Source of the DNA: a virus
Direction: 5' to 3' (one strand)
IMG/VR virus record: IMGVR_UViG_3300022871_000011
Span: 13,274 to 77,273 of that record
Length of the DNA stretch: 64,000 bases
Position 1 is the stretch's first letter, and each line of letters starts with the position of its first letter. Below the pieces are notes generated by a model. That model did not search any database. It saw nothing but the letters and a program-made list of their open reading frames with translations, and was not told where the DNA came from. Below are positions 58,432-64,000 of the stretch, in pieces. A program made the position numbers and the translations under genes.

Positions 58432-59663
58432 TGAAACTATATCAAGAAGCCCGCACGGGCAAGATCAAATGGATTGATATTACCGCCGATGGTAACATCA
58501 TGAGATCGCAATGGGGCCTAATGGACTCTGACAAAGTCCAGGAAGTAGAGAAGCCCTGCCAAGTAACAAACAAAGGTAAACAAAATGAAAGGAACGAACA
58601 AGAACAGGCCACTTTCGAGGCCAATGCTAAGATCGTTAAGAAGAAAGAGGAAGGCTATCTTAGCTGGGACGACCTCCAGGAAAGCCTCCAATCAGAAGAA
58701 GTGCCAGTGCTCCTGAGTGCTCTCCCTAAAAGCTTCTCCGTGTGCAAGCCTATAAGCAAGTGCCCGGACAAGGTATTAAACAGTGCAGACACATATGCAC
58801 AGCGTAAACATAATGGCCATTGCATTATCCTAGTTAAGGATGAGAAGGGTGGCGAACGTGTATACAGTAGGCGCATGGAAGACATCACTGATGTACTTTG
58901 TAAGATCCCAGCCATTGACCATCGTATGAAGCTCCTTACAATAGGCAGCCTCGTATTCTGTGAGATGACATGGTCTGACAATGAGACGTTTGTTGAGTCG
59001 CCCCGCAAAGTAGCGGAGATAGTACGCGTGAAGGATTCTGCCAAATCATTGGAGAATTACATAGAGAACAGTAAGACCGGTAGATATGACCTTAAGATGC
59101 TGGACGCCCTTTGGTGGGACGACAGCTTTATAGGACACAAGACACACCGGGAACGCTATGACATGCTTACGGAAGAAGGCTTACTACTCCCTTTCATCTA
59201 CACAGATTGGAAGACTATGATAGCATCCGCTGAGGCACAGGACTGGGAAGGATTCGTTCTTCGTACCCCTGATGAGCGCAGCTGTATCAGTTATAGTTTG
59301 GATGGTAAAGCACACCGCGAGGGATCCTGGAAGTATAAGTTCATCAAAGAGGATGACGTTGTACTTGTTGGGGCAACAAAAGGGCTCAGCGGGCGTCACA
59401 TGACGGTATATGCTAGGTTCGACATGCGTCAGTATAATGATGCCGGCGAGCTTACTCATTATGGTTACTGTGGTACAGGTACTTTGAAGCACGATGAGCT
59501 TAAAGAGATGACCAGGCAGATAGATGCTGGTGAGAGCCAGTTTCCGATGGTAGCTGAGATTGAATTCGCTAGTAGACAGGATGATTCGCATAAATTCGAA
59601 TTCCCCCAGATACAACGAATAAGATATGATAAGACTCCTGAAGAATGTATCTTTAACCCATAA
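58431..59663 (+). CDS. ATP-dependent DNA ligase
   Basis: QRKHNG motif I, EGFVLR motif IV, WKYK motif V, CGTG, FP...RIRYDK. Confidence 0.85.
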   Translation: MKLYQEARTGKIKWIDITADGNIMRSQWGLMDSDKVQEVEKPCQVTNKGKQNERNEQEQATFEANAKIVKKKEEGYLSWDDLQESLQSEEVPVLLSALPKSFSVCKPISKCPDKVLNSADTYAQRKHNGHCIILVKDEKGGERVYSRRMEDITDVLCKIPAIDHRMKLLTIGSLVFCEMTWSDNETFVESPRKVAEIVRVKDSAKSLENYIENSKTGRYDLKMLDALWWDDSFIGHKTHRERYDMLTEEGLLLPFIYTDWKTMIASAEAQDWEGFVLRTPDERSCISYSLDGKAHREGSWKYKFIKEDDVVLVGATKGLSGRHMTVYARFDMRQYNDAGELTHYGYCGTGTLKHDELKEMTRQIDAGESQFPMVAEIEFASRQDDSHKFEFPQIQRIRYDKTPEECIFNP

Positions 59664-59671
59664 GGAATAGC

Positions 59672-60103
59672 ATGAGGTATTCTCATAAAGTACACAAGAT
59701 CTTAAATACCTATGGTACTGAGTACTCAACGGACGGGCGCACGCCCGCCCATGTACTCTCCCCATGGCGTATGTTGGCACACCTTAGGATAACGTATGCC
59801 TCACCCTGTGGTGCAGGAATAGGTTACAAGCGCTACAATGTGTATGATCTGGCATTGCTGGATGACTTCACTGTGTATATGAAGGCGCGTAAGGATGTGG
59901 TTCGTAAGGAGACACATAACGTCTGGATGAAACTTGATGTTGATCCTGAGGTAGCATCATATAACTTCTGCCAGCTATTAGAAGCTGACTGGGAGAACGA
60001 TGATAACCTGATTGGGTGGACGTTAAGCTATAAGAAAGAGCCAACCCTGGATGTGATTAATCAAATCAAGGTAGCAGCTCTTTGCAGTAACCTAGGTGAC
60101 TAA
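59672..60103 (+). CDS. hypothetical protein
   Basis: ORF track. Confidence 0.65.
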   Translation: MRYSHKVHKILNTYGTEYSTDGRTPAHVLSPWRMLAHLRITYASPCGAGIGYKRYNVYDLALLDDFTVYMKARKDVVRKETHNVWMKLDVDPEVASYNFCQLLEADWENDDNLIGWTLSYKKEPTLDVINQIKVAALCSNLGD

Positions 60104-60387
60104 TGACAGATGATGTAAATGACAAACTAAATAAGATAGTGCAGGAGTTAGCCTTTATAGTAACCGGTGCACAAGAGGACCGGCAGAAGTTTAATGCTAT
60201 GGCTATTGAGCACAAGATGGGACTACCGTCCCCTGCACGAACTAATGAAATGGAAGCAGAGCTTCAGGATATTGGTAGTAAACTTAGTGGCCGCAAGCTT
60301 GCAATACGCAGGCTACTAGGCGACTACAGTAAGCTACAGGAACATAACCCTGAATTACCAAACCTTCCTAAGGACTTTTTAAAATGA
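60103..60387 (+). CDS. hypothetical protein
   Basis: TAATG coupling. Confidence 0.65.
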   Translation: MTDDVNDKLNKIVQELAFIVTGAQEDRQKFNAMAIEHKMGLPSPARTNEMEAELQDIGSKLSGRKLAIRRLLGDYSKLQEHNPELPNLPKDFLK

Positions 60388-60556
60388 ATACAAAAGGATT
60401 AAAAACAATGTTGGGTATCATAGGCGTGTTATGCTTATTGGAAGGTTTGGGTATAGCTGTATATGCTGTACTGGAGCAAGCACCAATGGCATGTGCACCA
60501 GCAGGATTATGTGTAGTCTGCTCATTTCTAGCGCTAATGGGAGTAAGATTGTAAAA

Positions 60557-60572
60557 GTCTAACGCGTTAGAC
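60557..60572. repeat. 16-bp palindrome GTCTAACGCGTTAGAC, copy 3
   Basis: Perfect palindrome at the boundary of the AT-rich small-gene array. Confidence 0.8.
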
Positions 60573-63231
60573 AGGGCCCTTAAAAGAGCTCTAAAGGAGG
60601 TGTGAGGTGGAACATCCATGCACAAACGAGAAACATAGAGGATTAGAGCTTTATTGTGTGAAATGCATACAAGCCCTTGAGCAGAGGGTTGTAGAGTTGG
60701 AGGAAAGGGAATCAAAGTTCAACCTTGACATGGCAACACTAGAATGTAAATACCATGAACGAGGCAAGGCGTTGGAGGCTCTAAAGGTATTAGCAGTTAA
60801 AGGAGGTGTGAGGTGAAGAAAAAGCTAGGATATAAAACAGGAACGTCAAAACCGTGGCCGTTAAAAATAAACACCCACAACTTTATTGAAAAATGGGCGG
60901 TACACGACAATGACTATAGCTATTACATTAAGATAAAGGAGGAGGCGAAGTGAAAAACAAAAGATTAATTTGCGAGGCATGTGGAGCAGTACAGTTTGAG
61001 ATAATAGTTGAGCCGACTCTACCTGAAACGGAAGAACAGAAATCATGGTTGCGAGATGCTATCTATTGTCCTCATTGTGGCTCTGAATGTGAATAAAGAT
61101 AAAGGAGGTGTGATTATGATGACACACGCTGAAAGACGAAAAAAATTTAATAAAGCAAGCTTGGAAATAGTAGAAGTTTACCGTTGTCCGATATGTAAAA
61201 GGATATTTGAAAGGGCAAATAACTTTAACGACCATATACGGAGTCATGGTGTAGATTTCAACAAAGAGGAAGTTATTTATTATGAGAGTCCTAATGATGC
61301 ACAAGGATTCTGTGACATGTTGGAATGTGGAGATAAATAAAGGAGGTGGCGAAGTGATTGAAAACATAATGGCAAGTTTTGGATTAATATGTTTCATCGC
61401 TGGCTTTTATTGGGTTTATCGTGGAATAAAAGCTCGTGTACAAACAAGAAAAAAACTAAAAAGATAAAGGAGGAGTAGCATGATGTTATTTAAAAACAAG
61501 AACTACCCACATGGGAAATATAGAATTGTCCCATTGCATGGTAAATTTTTTAGGAGATTTAAAGTGGGAAAAGGAATAGGATATTGGAAACACCCATCTA
61601 TCCCTATTGGTGTATTTGCTAAGTGGACTTTGAGATTAGCTTTTGTGGAAATACAAAGATGGTTATCTGAAAAAGAAATAAAGGAGGCGTGACATGGCAA
61701 AAGCAAACCTAAACAAGCGGATGAACACGCCACAATGTAATTGCGAGAAGTACCGCACGGCGTTGGAATTCTATGCTGATGAAGATAATAATAAGGATAT
61801 TCGTTGGGAATTTGGCGGTAAAGGGTTCTCCAAGGTTCAAGACGATAAAGGTAAAATAGCAAGAGAAGCACTAAAGGAGGTGTGAAGTGAAACAGATAAG
61901 TGAAGAAGTATTATACGCACGAAGAGCAGGAGCGAGTCATACCGTTAGTGGAGAGTTGGCAAATCTTGATAATCTCAAAGAGTGCAACTGTTCAGCCCTT
62001 GCGCATAGGGTGGGGGAGTTGGTTAAAGCTAGAAATGAATGCGAAAGACAATTCCAAAATAAAGTAACCAAAATCACTAAGCTACTTGATGATAAAATTA
62101 TGCTCAGCAAGACGCTAGAGGATATAAAAGAAGAATACAACAATATAGAACATACTTGTCAAGAACGATTAAATATTATAGGCAGACACTTAGACGAAGC
62201 CCTAAAGGGAGGTGCGTGATATGAAATTTATAATGCAAATTGAACCGCATACACCAAGCGACAAAAAGAACCCTTGCAAAGAGTGTGTTTTGTCACATGG
62301 AATGATGTGCTTAGATAGAAGTTACTGTAAGTTCAAGGAAACAGGAAAGACTTGGAAAAAGGCCCTAAAGGGAGGCGTAGGATGAATGTGTCAATGAATG
62401 GATTAAGAAGAAATTTATCAAATGCAACAATAGATTTGATGCATCAACTTGCAAAAATAATTGATGAGCATGAAACCTATGAAGGTGAATACGAACCTAT
62501 AACTAAAAGAATGGATGAAGTCAGAGGATATGTGGGAGCATTAAATTGCACTTATAATCCCGATGATGAAGATTTTAAAGAGATAGAAATAGAATTGCCA
62601 TGGATGGAAGATTTATTAAAGGAGGAGGCGAAGTGAATACTCGATATTTTGCTCATACTAGCGGATTTAGAGATAATACAATTTATATGAAAGAACGAAA
62701 TGGTGTTGCTGTTCCCGTTTCTAAAAATGGAGCTACCGGGAATAATGGATGGAGATTAAGAGATTGTCTTGATATGGTTAAGCTTGGTTTATGGAAAGAA
62801 ATAACAAAAACTGAAGCAAGAGAAGCACTAAAGGAGGCATGAAGTGAGTAAATTAGCTGAAACATTAGAAGAAACATTGCAATGCAATATAGGATTAGCT
62901 GATAAAATATGTGAACTTCAGCAGAGGGTGGGGGAGTTGGAGGAGAAATTAACTTATGCAAGAATGGTATATGACCAAATTAGCCAAGACCAAGAAGATG
63001 AGTTAAATAAACTTAAACACTTCTTATTTATAATGGTCAAAGAAGAAGCAACCACCTTAAGCAAGGCTAAAGAATTGCTTAAACTTAAAGACATGAACGA
63101 AGCAAGGGCATGGTACAGTAAACAAGAATCCCTCCCCGCCACCGAGGCCAAGGAAGAGGTGTGTGAGTGTGACTTAGGGAAAAGGTTGCCCGATTGTAAG
63201 TGTGGATTCTGCGGTAAAAAGATAAAGGACG

Positions 63232-63780
63232 GTGAGTGATATGAAATATTATTATTTTTCAAACAAAGAAAAAAGACTAGCTTACGGAGACAACCGTAAA
63301 ATCAAACTAGGAACAACGCACAAAGTCAAAGGTGAACCTATTCTATGTGAACATGGTCTTCACGCATCAAAACGTATAATTGATGCACTAAATTATGCTC
63401 CCGATAGCGTTTTATGGATAGTTGAATTAGGTGGTAAAGTGGTTCACGATGACGATAAGTCCGTAGCAACAGAAAGAACTTATGTGGGCGGGGGAATTGA
63501 TGTTACAGACACACTAAGAAAGTTTGCGAGAATGTGTGCTTTGGATGTTGTTCACTTATGGGACTGTCCACCAATAGTTTTAGAAGGGCTCAAGACAGGG
63601 AATGAAGAAATAAGACAAGAGGCTAGGGCTTGGGCTTCGGCTTGGGCTTGGGCTTCGGCTAGGGCTTCGGCTTCGGCTTCGGCTTCGGCTAGGGCTTCGG
63701 CTAGGGCTTCGGCTTGGGCAAAACAGAACAGAAGACTAGCACAGATGGTTAGTAAAGCACTCAAGGAGGTGGCGAAGTGA
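63232..63780 (+). CDS. phage protein with a CEHGLHAS domain and an Ala-X low-complexity tract
   Basis: CxxGLHAS...FA..CA..V.HLW family. Confidence 0.75.
   Translation: MSDMKYYYFSNKEKRLAYGDNRKIKLGTTHKVKGEPILCEHGLHASKRIIDALNYAPDSVLWIVELGGKVVHDDDKSVATERTYVGGGIDVTDTLRKFARMCALDVVHLWDCPPIVLEGLKTGNEEIRQEARAWASAWAWASARASASASASARASARASAWAKQNRRLAQMVSKALKEVAK
63622..63720 (+). repeat. in-frame hexamer repeat (GCTAGG/GCTTGG/GCTTCG)
   Basis: About 16 units encoding AR/AW/AS. Confidence 0.85.
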
Positions 63781-64000
63781 ATGATTTACCAAAAGAAATA
63801 TACTTCTCGGAACTAATAGGAAGCAATGGAGTTAATTGTTTAGATTATAAAAACTTTGATGATTCTGAAAAATACATTAGAGGCGACATACATGAAGCCC
63901 TTGAGCAGAGGGTGGGGGAGTTGGAGGACTGGAAAAAAATAACAGACACAGCAGGAAAGAAACTAGCTGAAGATAATATCCGACTCCGCAAGGCGTTGGA

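Larger units (their letters stand above)
60590..64000 (+). other. AT-rich array of ~14 small genes joined by near-identical stop/RBS junctions
   Basis: ORFs at 60607, 61480, 61694, 61887, 62844, 63232 and others, with repeated TAAAGGAGG(T/A/C)G junctions. Confidence 0.7.

Noticed and set aside
60590-64000. CRISPR array or integron attC cassettes
   Set aside because: The repeats are coding or RBS sequence, irregularly spaced and not palindromic
1-64000. Stop-codon reassignment
   Set aside because: Conserved genes are intact under the standard code and end in TAA, TAG and TGA; breaks in helicase and polA are explained by introns

Overview
A 64-kb segment of a large tailed dsDNA bacteriophage using the standard genetic code. 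It holds the terminase large subunit (minus strand) and a replication/recombination block: SbcD/SbcC, SF2 helicase, DnaB-like helicase, primase, family A DNA polymerase, RecA, RuvC and an ATP-dependent ligase. Also present are ClpP, a MoxR-like AAA/VWA pair, a CCA-adding enzyme and many small accessory ORFs. Mobile elements are three group I introns with HNH genes (one in the helicase, two in polA), two free-standing LAGLIDADG genes, and a terminase intein whose LAGLIDADG endonuclease sits in a second, fully overlapping reading frame with its own RBS. The most unusual content is non-coding RNA that appears to mimic the translation machinery. This includes a copy of the 23S rRNA L11-binding/GTPase-associated centre with a ~145-nt insert, a circularly permuted initiator-tRNA-like fold inside a ~1-kb structured RNA, a 135-nt tmRNA-like RNA with no room for a normal tag region, and tRNAs with 78-105 nt variable-arm inserts. 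An L7/L12 C-terminal-domain protein lies nearby. A ~700-nt structured RNA can pair over the terminase Shine-Dalgarno. A DGR-type DUF1566 gene with a sheath-like N-terminus sits where an SPFH gene is truncated. All structures and family calls were made by eye; no searches or folding programs were run.
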